Positions 1-9,453 of a stretch of 62,374 nt of DNA are shown in pieces. The notes under the pieces were generated by a model, which did no database searches, was not told where the DNA came from, and saw only the letters and a list, made by a program, of their open reading frames with translations. The position numbers and the translations under genes were made by a program. This DNA comes from a virus. Lineage: Duplodnaviria; Caudoviricetes. Position 1 is the first letter of the stretch. Every line of letters begins with the position of its first letter. Location: positions 1 through 62,374 of the IMG/VR virus record IMGVR_UViG_3300020171_000028. The stretch is one strand, 5' to 3'.

Positions 1-250
1 ACCGAGGAAGAGGAAGAAGAAGAGAAGGAAAAACCAGCTCGCAAAAGAAAACCAGCTCCTACTCCTGAGCCGGAAGAGGAAGAGGAAGAGGAAGAGGAAG
101 AGGAAGAGGAAGAGGAAGAGGAAGAGGAAGAGGAAGAGGAAGAGGAAGAGGAAGAAGATGAGAAGGAAAAACCAGCTCGCAAAAGAAAACCAGCTCCTAC
201 TCCTGAGCCGGAAGAGGAAGAGGAAGAGGAAGAGGAAGAGGAAGAGGAAG
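1..250 (+). repeat. Coding tandem repeat: (GAGGAA)n tracts plus two copies of a ~70-bp unit 138 bp apart
   Basis: aaaccagctcgcaaaagaaaaccagctcctactcctgagccg at 31 and 169; another copy near 62259. Confidence 0.95.
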
Positions 251-429
251 CTCCTAAACCAGTTCGCAAAAAGAAAACAGCTTTCCCACCTGCCCCTGAG
301 CCTGAGAAAAAATCTTCAAAAAATAAATGTCCTCACGGATTTAAATTCGGGGTAGACACCGAGATGTATGATGAATGTGATTCCTGTGCCGTATGGGATG
401 CTTGCGATGATGAAAATGCAAAAAAATAA
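1..429 (+). CDS. C-terminal part of gp32-like ssDNA-binding protein (continues from 61475 across the contig junction): poly-Glu/KPARKRKPAPTPEP repeats and Cys-rich tail
   Basis: Frame 1 is open from base 1 to TAA 427-429 (…KCPHGFKFGVDTEMYDECDSCAVWDACDDENAKK*). The same repeat unit ends the window at ~62229-62374. Confidence 0.85.
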   Translation, partial: TEEEEEEEKEKPARKRKPAPTPEPEEEEEEEEEEEEEEEEEEEEEEEEEEEEDEKEKPARKRKPAPTPEPEEEEEEEEEEEEEAPKPVRKKKTAFPPAPEPEKKSSKNKCPHGFKFGVDTEMYDECDSCAVWDACDDENAKK

Positions 430-436
430 AATAACC

Positions 437-793
437 ATGCGATTTTTTAGAAGTAAAACAAAAACAGACGAAGAACAACAGCAAACAAATTTCGTAGGGG
501 CTCAATGCCCTTACGGAATTGTTTCTTACCTTGCTCTGTATGGAATGATTGAAGGTATTAGTAAATCTTACTTAATTCGAGAAGCCTTGGCGCGTCAAGT
601 GCGTTTGTTAGAGAAAGACTTACCATTGATTCGATTAAAAGAAAAAGCAATTGTTCAAATCCGTGCCGGATGGAAAGAAAAAGATTCCAGCTCCATCATT
701 GAATACAATAATTTCAAAACTTTTGTTATGAAAGAAATGGAAGGTAAAGGAGTATCAAAAGAAGTAATAGAGCAAATTTTCTCAGAATTATGA
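437..793 (+). CDS. Hypothetical protein, possibly ribbon-helix-helix-like DNA-binding
   Basis: ATG at 437 just after the SSB stop; GISKSYLIREAL motif. Confidence 0.55.
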   Translation: MRFFRSKTKTDEEQQQTNFVGAQCPYGIVSYLALYGMIEGISKSYLIREALARQVRLLEKDLPLIRLKEKAIVQIRAGWKEKDSSSIIEYNNFKTFVMKEMEGKGVSKEVIEQIFSEL

Positions 794-1845
794 TAAGAAA
801 AGAAAAGTCATTAACCTCCCAGATTAAGAAAAGAGTATCTGCAGTAGTTCCGAAATCAGAAATGAAGTATGCTGGGACCACAGAAACAATGATAAGTACA
901 GGGTCCACCTTATTAGATTTAGCTATTTCTGGAGGCCGTATTAGAGGAGGAGGCTTACCTGCTGGAATTCTTGTAGAAATCTTCGGTCCTAGCGGTAGTG
1001 GGAAAACTGTTCTTCTTAGCGAAATAGCCGGGGCAATCCAAAGACAACAAGGACGTATTATGTTTCACGACCCAGAAAGTAGATTGAATAAACAATTCGC
1101 ACAACTATTTGGATTTGATTTAGAAAAAGAAAGTTACTCTCGCCCTGATACGGTACCGGAAGTATTCAAAGCTATTCGAGAATGGGAACCAGAAATAAAA
1201 AACAAAACTGCAATCAATGCTATTTTCGCAGATAGTTTAGCTGCTTTGTCTACAAATCTTGAAATGACCAATGATGATGGGGATAAGATGGGAATGAGGA
1301 GAGCTAAAGAATTCAGTGAAGAATTGAGAAAAACTGCCCGTATCCTAACCCAAAAAAATTATTTATTAGTTTGTAGCAATCAAGTACGAGTTAATGTAGA
1401 TGCTGGCCCTTACGGACAAAAATATGTTAGTCCTGGTGGGGAATCTATAGGGTTTTATTCCAGTTTACGTCTTCGGGTCAGTTCCCCTTCAAAAATCAAA
1501 GAAAAGAAAAAAGTAGCTGGGAAAGAGATTAGTCGAGTAGTTGGAATTGAAGTTATTGTGGAAGTATATAAAAGTTCCATTTGGAAGCCTTACCGGACAG
1601 CTCCTTTAACTATTAAGTTTGACTACGGAATAGATGACATCCGCGAAAACCTCCAATTCATCAAAGACTATTCTAAAAATACTACATACACTGTAGGCGG
1701 GGAATCCTTCGGCGTTAGTAAGGACGATGCCGTGAAAGCAGTGGAAGAGCAAGGGCTTGAAAAAGTATTGAGAGAAGAAGTAATTGATTTGTGGGAAGAT
1801 ATAGAATCCAGATTCGAAACTCCTAGGAAAAGTAAAGAGCGATAG
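790..1845 (+). CDS. recA: RecA/UvsX-like recombinase
   Basis: ISTGS..LD.A..GG, Walker A GPSGSGKT, DSLAAL, NQVR, SPGG..FYSSLR. Confidence 0.93.
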   Translation: MIRKEKSLTSQIKKRVSAVVPKSEMKYAGTTETMISTGSTLLDLAISGGRIRGGGLPAGILVEIFGPSGSGKTVLLSEIAGAIQRQQGRIMFHDPESRLNKQFAQLFGFDLEKESYSRPDTVPEVFKAIREWEPEIKNKTAINAIFADSLAALSTNLEMTNDDGDKMGMRRAKEFSEELRKTARILTQKNYLLVCSNQVRVNVDAGPYGQKYVSPGGESIGFYSSLRLRVSSPSKIKEKKKVAGKEISRVVGIEVIVEVYKSSIWKPYRTAPLTIKFDYGIDDIRENLQFIKDYSKNTTYTVGGESFGVSKDDAVKAVEEQGLEKVLREEVIDLWEDIESRFETPRKSKER

Positions 1846-1852
1846 ATACTTT

Positions 1853-2074
1853 ATGAATAAACATAAATTGAAAGAAAACGTAAACCGGCAACAAAATGCT
1901 GAAGCTATTGAAAAATTAGTTTTAAGTGATGTAGATATGGATACGCAGATTCTACAAGATTTAAGTCAAATCGCCATAAACAACAATCTTAAAGCTGGTA
2001 AATTTGAAGCAGCAGAAAAAATCATTACTTTTTTTGAAGACATCAAAGAATGGAAACGTAAAAGAAAGAATTAA
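1853..2074 (+). CDS. Hypothetical protein
   Basis: ORF tightly packed in operon. Confidence 0.6.
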   Translation: MNKHKLKENVNRQQNAEAIEKLVLSDVDMDTQILQDLSQIAINNNLKAGKFEAAEKIITFFEDIKEWKRKRKN

Positions 2075-2098
2075 AAATAAATACATCCAAGATAGACA

Positions 2099-2626
2099 AT
2101 GGAGCGAACTAGAAATAAATACATCCAAGATAAACTTTACATAGGTATAGATAATGGAGTTAGCGGCACTATTGCTGTTATTTACAACAATGAGGTTGAA
2201 TTCTTTCTCACTCCTATTAAATCAGAACAAAACTACACTAAGAAAAAAGGGAATATTTCTAGAGTAGATTTCTTGCTTCTTGATACTTTAATGAAGGATA
2301 TGATTAGAAAATACCATCCTCAGTCAATTTTCTGTTTAATAGAACGCCCAATGGTCAACCCAGGTAGGTTTGCTGCTACTATTTCTGCTTTGCGAGCCTT
2401 AGAAGCCACTTTGATTGTTATAGAAAGAAATGGAGTTCCTTATCAATATTTAGATAGTAAAGAATGGCAAAAAATACTCTTACCTAACGGAAGCAAAGGC
2501 GAGCAATTGAAAAAAGATAGTTGTGATATCGGCTGTCGTTTATTCCCCCAATTTACAGAAGAAATCCGAAAACACAAAGATGCAGATGGATTGTTGATTG
2601 CTGAGTATTGTCGCCGATATTTTTAA
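2099..2626 (+). CDS. RuvC-like Holliday junction resolvase
   Basis: YIGIDNG, IERP, KEWQK, DADGLLIAEY acidic RNase H-fold motifs. Confidence 0.8.
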   Translation: MERTRNKYIQDKLYIGIDNGVSGTIAVIYNNEVEFFLTPIKSEQNYTKKKGNISRVDFLLLDTLMKDMIRKYHPQSIFCLIERPMVNPGRFAATISALRALEATLIVIERNGVPYQYLDSKEWQKILLPNGSKGEQLKKDSCDIGCRLFPQFTEEIRKHKDADGLLIAEYCRRYF

Positions 2627-2629
2627 ATT

Positions 2630-2639
2630 TTTGTATAAT
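2630..2639 (+). promoter_or_regulatory. Putative phage middle promoter TTTGTATAAT
   Basis: Identical intergenic 10-mer also at 46301, 50206, 51368 and 59486, each 11-17 nt before an ATG. Confidence 0.7.
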
Positions 2640-2650
2640 AAAAGAAAAAG

Positions 2651-2839
2651 ATGAAAAAAATAGTATTGATTAGTAAAGAATTATTTTTGGGAATAGTAGG
2701 GGTAGGTGTCATTATTCTTATTTCTACTTTTTTAGGAGAAAATACAGGATATGTAAAGGAAGCTAATTTAGTGACTTTACTTACTAACATAGCATGGTCT
2801 TGTTATATAGGATTACGAATCGCTTCCCATATAGATTAA
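2651..2839 (+). CDS. Small membrane protein
   Basis: Two hydrophobic segments. Confidence 0.6.
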   Translation: MKKIVLISKELFLGIVGVGVIILISTFLGENTGYVKEANLVTLLTNIAWSCYIGLRIASHID

Positions 2840-2851
2840 CCTTAAAAAAAC

Positions 2852-3931
2852 ATGATACAATCTATCGAAATAAAAAATTTCCAGTCCCACAAAAATACTA
2901 AATTGCAATTCTCACCAGGAGTAAATGTAATTGTAGGGACAAGTGATTCAGGAAAAACAGCAATACTGAGAGCCCTTAAATGGGCTGCCACCAATAAACC
3001 TTCCGGAGATGCTTTTTGTTCTACTTGGGGAGGGGTAACTGAAGTGACGTTGAAAACGAACAAAGCTACTGTTGTCCGTAAGAAAGAAGGGAGTAAAAAT
3101 CAATATAGTTTGATAAATGGGTTAAACGGAGCGTCTCCTATAGTTTTTGAGGCATTCGGTACCAATATACCAGAAGAAATAGATAATGCGTTAAATCTAA
3201 AGGAAACCAACTTACAACAGCAATTAGATGCTCCTTTCCTTTTATCGGAAACGTCAGGGACTGTTGCTTCTCATTTCAATCGAATTGCAAACTTAGAAGT
3301 AATCGATAAAGCTTCTCAAAAAATAGACAAAGCAATCCGGGAAATCAAATCCAATACTACTTTTAAAGAAAATGCAGAAATAACCCAAAGAACCCTACTA
3401 AGTAAATTTGAATACTTAGATAAGTTTGAAGTTGATTTAGAGGTATTGGAAGATATGGAAAAAGATATGGTTCGGCAATTCAATGAAGTCCGCGCAGTCA
3501 CAATACTTCTTAATTCTTTAGATGAGATTAGTAGAAAAATCAATTCTTATTCCTATTTACTAGCATACGAAAAGGAAGTAAATTCTATCCTTTCATTGAT
3601 GCAAACAGAACAAGAAATCTATAAGAGAATAGAAAGAATAGAAACTTTCATCGCTTCTTTAGAATACAAAGAGGAACAATTGCTTGAAGCCAAAGAAATT
3701 CTAAAATATGAAAAGGAAGTAAATTCTATCCTTTTATTACTCCCTGCCAAGGATTCTTATAAGAAAGAAATCAAAGAATTGGATTTATTTCTGTATAATC
3801 TAGAAAGAACGGAAGAAAAATTTGAAAAACAAAAAAGCAAATTAAATAGGATGCAAAAACAATTCACTCAAAATATGCCTAGCACCTGTCCTTTATGTGG
3901 AACCAAATTAAAAAACAATGCAAAGAACTAA
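2852..3931 (+). CDS. SbcC/Rad50 (gp46-like) ATPase, N-terminal half ending in zinc hook
   Basis: IEIKNFQSH, Walker A GTSDSGKT, Q-loop, coiled coil, terminal CPLCG; no Walker B. Confidence 0.88.
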   Translation: MIQSIEIKNFQSHKNTKLQFSPGVNVIVGTSDSGKTAILRALKWAATNKPSGDAFCSTWGGVTEVTLKTNKATVVRKKEGSKNQYSLINGLNGASPIVFEAFGTNIPEEIDNALNLKETNLQQQLDAPFLLSETSGTVASHFNRIANLEVIDKASQKIDKAIREIKSNTTFKENAEITQRTLLSKFEYLDKFEVDLEVLEDMEKDMVRQFNEVRAVTILLNSLDEISRKINSYSYLLAYEKEVNSILSLMQTEQEIYKRIERIETFIASLEYKEEQLLEAKEILKYEKEVNSILLLLPAKDSYKKEIKELDLFLYNLERTEEKFEKQKSKLNRMQKQFTQNMPSTCPLCGTKLKNNAKN

Positions 3932-4799
3932 TCTGATGAAAGAAGAAACTCCAGATGCTATCTTAACAGCAGATTGGCATCTGAGGGAAACCCAACCGGT
4001 TTGTCGGTTAGATGACTTCTGGGAAGCCCAGTGGAAAGCTGTTGGTTTCGTATCCACATTACAAAAGAAATATGATTGTGACGTTTGGCATGGAGGGGAT
4101 TTATTCCATCATTGGAAACCTAGTCCAAATCTATTATCAGTTACTATCAAAAACCTCCCAAAGAAATTCCGTTCTATATATGGCAACCATGACCTTCCAC
4201 AACATTCAATGGAATTAGTAGAAAAATCCGGTATGTATAATCTATATGTAGCCGGGGTACTTGCTATTCTAAAAGGAGGACACTGCGATACTATATTAGA
4301 AGAAGTTAGTTTTGAAATAAAAGGAAGAAAGGTTGCTGTTTGGCACATTATGAATTACCAAGGAAAAGAACCTTGGCCGGGATGTACTTCCCCTAAGGCT
4401 TCTACTTTATTGAGAAAATACCCTCAATTTGATTTAATTCTTACCGGAGACAACCACCAAAGCTTTGTAGAGGAACATGAAGGAAAGTTGCTGGTCAATC
4501 CCGGAAGCCTAACAAGGCAGTCGGCAAAACAAATAGATTTCCAACCAAGTATTTACTTATACTATGCAAGAACCAATACAGTTAAACAAGTATTCATCCC
4601 TATTGAAGGAGAAGTTATAAGCCGGGAACATATAGAAGAAATTGAAAAAAGAGATGCAAGGATTGATGCTTTCATCTCTACTTTAGATAAAGATTGGAAA
4701 ATTGGGTTTGACTTCAAAGAGAATCTAAAAGTATTTGAACAAACCAATACAGTTAAGAAAAGTATTATGGATATAATTTACAATGCAATAGAATCATGA
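3918..4799 (+). CDS. SbcD/Mre11-like metallophosphoesterase nuclease
   Basis: ADWH, GGDLFH, GNHD, TGDNH, NPGS motifs. Confidence 0.9.
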   Translation: MQRTNLMKEETPDAILTADWHLRETQPVCRLDDFWEAQWKAVGFVSTLQKKYDCDVWHGGDLFHHWKPSPNLLSVTIKNLPKKFRSIYGNHDLPQHSMELVEKSGMYNLYVAGVLAILKGGHCDTILEEVSFEIKGRKVAVWHIMNYQGKEPWPGCTSPKASTLLRKYPQFDLILTGDNHQSFVEEHEGKLLVNPGSLTRQSAKQIDFQPSIYLYYARTNTVKQVFIPIEGEVISREHIEEIEKRDARIDAFISTLDKDWKIGFDFKENLKVFEQTNTVKKSIMDIIYNAIES

Positions 4800-5038
4800 C
4801 AGAACAAGATTTATTACAATTGAAACAAGAAATCGATGAGGCAAAAACTGAGATTTCTAAATTAGAAGGAGCTAAGCAAACATTGATGCAACAAGCTAAA
4901 GAAAAATGGAATTGCTCTTCCGCGGCTGAATTAGAAACCTTACTTTCTAAATGGAAAGAAGAAGCATCTACTTTAAATACCCAAATAGTAAATCGCTTGA
5001 AAGATTTAGAAGAGCAAATGGAAGAAAACATGAATTAA
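4796..5038 (+). CDS. Short coiled-coil protein, possibly a middle piece of split SbcC
   Basis: Heptad-rich 80 aa between sbcD and the SbcC C-half. Confidence 0.6.
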   Translation: MTEQDLLQLKQEIDEAKTEISKLEGAKQTLMQQAKEKWNCSSAAELETLLSKWKEEASTLNTQIVNRLKDLEEQMEENMN

Positions 5039-5039
5039 T

Positions 5040-5645
5040 ATGGCAAGTTTACAAAATCTTCGGAATAGGTTCGAGCAACAAAAAGGACGCAAACTTCAAA
5101 TAGAAAATACAGCGGATACTTTGGCAGCAGATATTCGTTTACTAAAACGAGATTTGAGGCAACATGAAAGGGCTCGAGAAATAGTTAAGGAAGTAGGATT
5201 GAAAACACAACAACAACTATCCTTCCATATTTCTGATATTACTAGCCTTGCGTTAGAAGCTGTATTCAATGACCCGTATAAATTAGTGGTTGATTTTGTA
5301 GAGCGAAGAAACAAAACAGAATGCGATTTGTATTTTGAAAGAGAAGGAAACAAAACAGACCCTTTTTCTGCCGCCGGAGGAGGAGCAGTTGATGTAGCTG
5401 CTTTCGCTCTCCGAATTGCTAGCTGGAGCATGGAATACCCTAGAACAGATAATGTCATTGTATTAGATGAGCCGATGAGATTTCTTTCTGTCGACAATCA
5501 AGAAAAAGCTAGTTTGATGATAAAAGAAGTAAGCGAGAAACTAAACATACAATTCATTATCATCACCCATGAACCCACTTTAGCTGTATACGCGGACAAA
5601 ACTTTTGAAGTTTCCATAAAAAAAGGAATCAGTAAAATTCAATAA
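5040..5645 (+). CDS. SbcC/Rad50 C-terminal half (ABC ATPase signature, Walker B)
   Basis: Coiled coil, then AAGGG signature variant, VIVLDEP Walker B, IITH H-loop. Confidence 0.88.
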   Translation: MASLQNLRNRFEQQKGRKLQIENTADTLAADIRLLKRDLRQHERAREIVKEVGLKTQQQLSFHISDITSLALEAVFNDPYKLVVDFVERRNKTECDLYFEREGNKTDPFSAAGGGAVDVAAFALRIASWSMEYPRTDNVIVLDEPMRFLSVDNQEKASLMIKEVSEKLNIQFIIITHEPTLAVYADKTFEVSIKKGISKIQ

Positions 5646-5646
5646 A

Positions 5647-6165
5647 ATGGAGAAATGTTTAGTAACTATCGACGTAATACAAGTTCCGAAGAAAGCTGCA
5701 GTGCCTCTTTCCCCTAAGATTATGGGGTGGACCCGAATATCAAAGAAAAGATGGCTTCCTGATTTCCTCTATCCTAAAGAATTAAAACGTATCAATTACA
5801 ATCTTTATGATATATTAGTGCTTTACAAAAACCCAAACTACACGTACACTCAAACAAATGTAGATTCTTTGTACGACATTATTAAAGAAAAGTTTGATGT
5901 GTCTTTAGAACAAATAAAAGGCCCAAGAGGAAAAGATAACATTGTATTTGCTAGGCAACTGTTTCATTATGCATATGTAAAACTAAACCTTGGTAGCAAA
6001 AGTGCAGCAGGAAGAGAAACTAATAACAATCATTGTTCCGTTCTCCACAGTATAAAAACTGTAGAAAACGCGAAACAAATAGATAAAGGATGGCGAAAAG
6101 ATTGGATTAAGAAAATTGATGATGCCTTGATTAAAATAACAAAACAAAACATTAAATCATCTTAA
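5647..6165 (+). CDS. Protein with DnaA C-terminal (domain IV) HTH-like domain
   Basis: F.VSLEQIKG..GK..IVFARQLFHY…NHCSVLHSIKTVE resembles Bac_DnaA_C. Confidence 0.7.
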   Translation: MEKCLVTIDVIQVPKKAAVPLSPKIMGWTRISKKRWLPDFLYPKELKRINYNLYDILVLYKNPNYTYTQTNVDSLYDIIKEKFDVSLEQIKGPRGKDNIVFARQLFHYAYVKLNLGSKSAAGRETNNNHCSVLHSIKTVENAKQIDKGWRKDWIKKIDDALIKITKQNIKSS

Positions 6166-6166
6166 T

Positions 6167-6397
6167 ATGAAAACAGTATTAATATTATTAATTATTCTTT
6201 GTGTGATTATCTTTATTGCAGTTATTCTTGAAATAAGAAAAGCCCCGGAAGTACCAGATTCTTTCTGGAGGTATAGCGCAAAAAAGAAAAGGATTGAAAT
6301 CCTTCATGGAGCAAAAGAAACGTATGTTCCTATGGATAGTTTTTTAGAGGCTGTTGAATATATGAAAAACAGCCCAGCCATCTACATAGGAGATTAA
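6167..6397 (+). CDS. Small membrane-anchored protein
   Basis: N-terminal TM helix; last gene of the plus arm. Confidence 0.6.
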   Translation: MKTVLILLIILCVIIFIAVILEIRKAPEVPDSFWRYSAKKKRIEILHGAKETYVPMDSFLEAVEYMKNSPAIYIGD

Positions 6398-6951
6398 CGA
6401 ATTTTGTAAAACACTCCTAATTCGTAGTAATTTTGAAATGGATTGAAAGCGGCTTTGTAAGCCGTTTTTTTATTGTTTAAATATAAGATACCAAAACTAA
6501 AAGAAAGTTCGTTAAAACGGCTTATTTGCCCTCCTAGATATATATGTCCGGTAGTAGGAGAAGCAATAGTTATAGTTTTAGTAATGTAAGTAGGAAAATA
6601 ATGTATGGAAGGTTGTCGATATATTATCTTGTTCTCAGAAATAGAATCTTGCAAAGCTACAAATACATGTTCATTGTTTATTAACGTGTCGTGGTAAAAA
6701 TACTTAGCAAAATAATCAATCAAGATTGCTCCTGTATCAATTTTTTGAGTTTTCCATTTCGTGCTTCCTGTATCTCGGTAAAAAGGTACAGGCTTATATT
6801 TTACTACCGGATATGGAATAGAATCTCCTTTGATAGTATCATATCTAATTTCTATATCCGGTTGAGTAGTACGGATTGTATAATCTCTAACAAATATCAA
6901 AGACCCAATCCATAATACTAATACCAATACGGTTATTATTTTTGTTTTCAT
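6394..6951 (-). CDS. Lysis-module membrane protein (spanin-like candidate)
   Basis: Likely start MKTKII overlaps the amidase stop; N-terminal TM; follows endolysin. Confidence 0.6.
   Translation of the reverse strand: MKTKIITVLVLVLWIGSLIFVRDYTIRTTQPDIEIRYDTIKGDSIPYPVVKYKPVPFYRDTGSTKWKTQKIDTGAILIDYFAKYFYHDTLINNEHVFVALQDSISENKIIYRQPSIHYFPTYITKTITIASPTTGHIYLGGQISRFNELSFSFGILYLNNKKTAYKAAFNPFQNYYELGVFYKIR
6446..6471 (+). terminator. Intrinsic terminator where the two arms converge
   Basis: aaagcggctt-tgt-aagccgtttttttt. Confidence 0.6.
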
Positions 6952-7520
6952 GGGAACATCTTTTGTAAGGCATTTATATGGATTTCCGCAATTGTTTTTC
7001 TTCCTTCCTCTGACATAATGAAACGGCAATCTTTCTCAGTATCCATGAAAAGATTTTCTGTTAGTACCGCTGGGCAAATAGTGTTTTTCAAAATATAGAA
7101 ATCACTTTCTTTGTCAAAGTCCCCATCCACTATATCTTTCCTAATCGGAAATAAATCTTTCAATTTTTTGATAGCTTCTATATACAGTAAAGTAGCAATA
7201 GCATCACTTTTTGTTTCTCCGATAGAAGTAAAAGCCTCCCAGCCGGTACCCCTTCCTGCATTTGCATGAATAGAAATTAATATAGCTTTTTCTTTTTTTG
7301 CAATCGTATTTACTCGTTTAACTCGTTCCACTAAGGAAATATCATACAATTCAGGAACAAGAAATACTGAATCTATTCCTTTTGCAGCCAATCCGAAATG
7401 TACTCGAGACACGATATCCCTATTGAATTCAAATTCAAATAATTGAGTTCCGTCCCTCCATACCGGACTTCTTTTACCTGCAGTATTGTTTCCGTGCCCA
7501 TTATCAAGTAATATCTTCAT
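6948..7520 (-). CDS. Endolysin, N-acetylmuramoyl-L-alanine amidase (Amidase_3)
   Basis: LLDNGHG, E, ISIHANA, PAVLTENLFMD. Confidence 0.93.
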   Translation of the reverse strand: MKILLDNGHGNNTAGKRSPVWRDGTQLFEFEFNRDIVSRVHFGLAAKGIDSVFLVPELYDISLVERVKRVNTIAKKEKAILISIHANAGRGTGWEAFTSIGETKSDAIATLLYIEAIKKLKDLFPIRKDIVDGDFDKESDFYILKNTICPAVLTENLFMDTEKDCRFIMSEEGRKTIAEIHINALQKMFP

Positions 7521-7758
7521 CTTCTTTTTCTTTTTTATCTGAAATTTGATTATCTACTATTGGAGGAACTCCTTTTGGAGAATTGAAATATGCGTCGAAA
7601 AATTGTTTTCCTAATATCAATCCTACAATAAATGGAATTGAAAATGTCATTAATGCAGCATCTTTTAACAAGTAAACTGCAATAAGAAGAAGAAGGGCCA
7701 TTACCTTGCTAAAAGTAATAACAAATCTAAATTTAATATCAAAAGAAACTTTCTTCAT
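7504..7758 (-). CDS. Putative holin
   Basis: Two TM segments, charged C-tail, immediately upstream of endolysin. Confidence 0.6.
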   Translation of the reverse strand: MKKVSFDIKFRFVITFSKVMALLLLIAVYLLKDAALMTFSIPFIVGLILGKQFFDAYFNSPKGVPPIVDNQISDKKEKEDEDIT

Positions 7759-7759
7759 A

Positions 7760-8080
7760 TCAACCCCCTAAAGAAAGAAACCAAGTCATTAAAACTCCTC
7801 CGGCGCAAGTAGCAAGTAAATCCAACTTATCAAATTTTCGTCCTTGTATTTTATCTAAAACTTCTTTTTGTATACCTAAAAATACAGCAAAACTTAATCC
7901 AAACACCAAAGAAACTCCGTAACAAGGGATTCCTGCTAGTCCTAAAACTAACTGAGAATACAAGAATCCTAAAAAAGCAGCCACTCCCCCGATAACAAAA
8001 TGAAATACTTTATCATGTGCTAGTAAATAAGCATAGATAATCCCCCACAATTCAATTAACTTTTCTTTTAACTTTTTCAT
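7760..8080 (-). CDS. Membrane protein (DK..H…KE..D…D..DL.A motif family)
   Basis: Three TM segments; HDKVFHF, KEVLD, DKLDLLAT. Confidence 0.6.
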   Translation of the reverse strand: MKKLKEKLIELWGIIYAYLLAHDKVFHFVIGGVAAFLGFLYSQLVLGLAGIPCYGVSLVFGLSFAVFLGIQKEVLDKIQGRKFDKLDLLATCAGGVLMTWFLSLGG

Positions 8081-8093
8081 TTTTCTTTATTTT

Positions 8094-8477
8094 TTAGTTT
8101 AACAATTTATCTAACCCCAAAATCAAAGTCATCAGACTACTTAGAATTGCAACAATCCAAACAATCCTTTCCTTCCATTTACGAGGAGCATCTGCTGCGG
8201 AAAGTAATTTTTGTTGCTTTATTATTCTAACCACTTCTAATTCCTCTTTTTCTTTTCTTTTTAATCGTTCGTTCTCTAAGAATTCATTCATACTTACCTT
8301 ATCTCTAGGGCATTCTTGGTCTCGTAAAGCTTCCAAATCTTTAGAAATTACAACGATTTCTCTTTGTAATTTACTTATGTTTTCATTAGTATAACGAGAT
8401 AATCGGTCTAATCCTGTTGCCATCCTTTGGGAATCCGCAACTAGATTGTCTAGTAAACTCTGAATTTCAATCTGCAT
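8094..8477 (-). CDS. Coiled-coil protein with C-terminal TM anchor (lysis region)
   Basis: Coiled coil plus terminal hydrophobic helix. Confidence 0.6.
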   Translation of the reverse strand: MQIEIQSLLDNLVADSQRMATGLDRLSRYTNENISKLQREIVVISKDLEALRDQECPRDKVSMNEFLENERLKRKEKEELEVVRIIKQQKLLSAADAPRKWKERIVWIVAILSSLMTLILGLDKLLN

Positions 8478-8928
8478 CTTTTTTAAGTATTACTGAAAAC
8501 CCCAGAATTCCTAGTACCTCTCCTTTTTCATTCTTTATAGGAAATTTGTCAGTTCTCAAAGTTATGTTAGTGTCAAATAGTTTTTCAATTCTACCTAATA
8601 AAGGTTCCCCTTTTAAAAAGACTTTCAAATCATTTTGGGCATACTTACTTGCTTGTATTTTATTTTCCATCAACTCCAATACATTCTTTCCTTGAAAGTC
8701 ATTTTTTTCTCCTCCTAAAACATCACAGAAATATTGATTGACCCTTATAATGTTATTTTCCTTATCTTTGAAAAACAATAGAGCTTCTATGTTATCCCAT
8801 ACAGTTTCTAATAAAGTAACATAGGAAGAGTACGACTGAATACTCCTCCTTGTCTTTGCTAAAGACTGTTGAATAGAATGAATCTCATCTCTTAAATCAC
8901 ATACTTCAAAGTCTTCTTTTCCCATCAC
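8467..8928 (-). CDS. Stand-alone PAS-domain protein
   Basis: WDNIEALLFFKDKENNIIRVNQYFC…GKNVLEL…DLKVFLKGEP…KFPIKNEKGEVLGILGFS matches the PAS_4/PAC pattern. Confidence 0.8.
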   Translation of the reverse strand: MMGKEDFEVCDLRDEIHSIQQSLAKTRRSIQSYSSYVTLLETVWDNIEALLFFKDKENNIIRVNQYFCDVLGGEKNDFQGKNVLELMENKIQASKYAQNDLKVFLKGEPLLGRIEKLFDTNITLRTDKFPIKNEKGEVLGILGFSVILKKDAD

Positions 8929-8930
8929 TT

Positions 8931-9431
8931 TTACTCCTTTATCTTAAAAAACTTAAGAGCTATTTCCATTTGCTCCACTGTAATATCCTTAGGAAACTGC
9001 TTTTCTGAAATCTCTTGCAACTTCAAAGTGGATTCCTCTTGAAGTGCTTCCTGATATTTCTTTTCTTTTTCTTTTTGCTCCTCGATTAAAGCCTTGTGTT
9101 TTTTCTCAAGTTTAGCAATCTCTTTTTTCCTTTCATCCTCCTTTTCAGGGTCAAGGTCAAAAAATTGCAATTGTTGTCCGTCTTTGTAATTAATGGTTTT
9201 AACTTTAGCATCTCCGTTTTCGTCCTTTAAAGAAAACTTCTTATTTACCTCACGGGCTTCCGTCTGGTATTCTTCAAATTCTTTAGAGATTTTTACCATT
9301 TCTTCCAAAACTTCCTGCTCTTGCTTCAAAAGAGCTTTTCCTTTTGCTATTCCTAAAACAAAAGAAAATCCGGACAATCCATTTAGTTTAGCTGCATCTT
9401 GTAGCAGCGCTTGTGCTTCAATGTTTTTCAT
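8931..9431 (-). CDS. Hypothetical coiled-coil protein
   Basis: ORF in late operon. Confidence 0.7.
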   Translation of the reverse strand: MKNIEAQALLQDAAKLNGLSGFSFVLGIAKGKALLKQEQEVLEEMVKISKEFEEYQTEAREVNKKFSLKDENGDAKVKTINYKDGQQLQFFDLDPEKEDERKKEIAKLEKKHKALIEEQKEKEKKYQEALQEESTLKLQEISEKQFPKDITVEQMEIALKFFKIKE

Positions 9432-9453
9432 CTTTGATTAGATTTTTTAAAAT

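Noticed and set aside
158-355. ORF-track 65-aa RKRKRK protein
   Set aside because: Shadow frame of the poly-Glu SSB tail; frame 1 is continuous with the gene at 61475.
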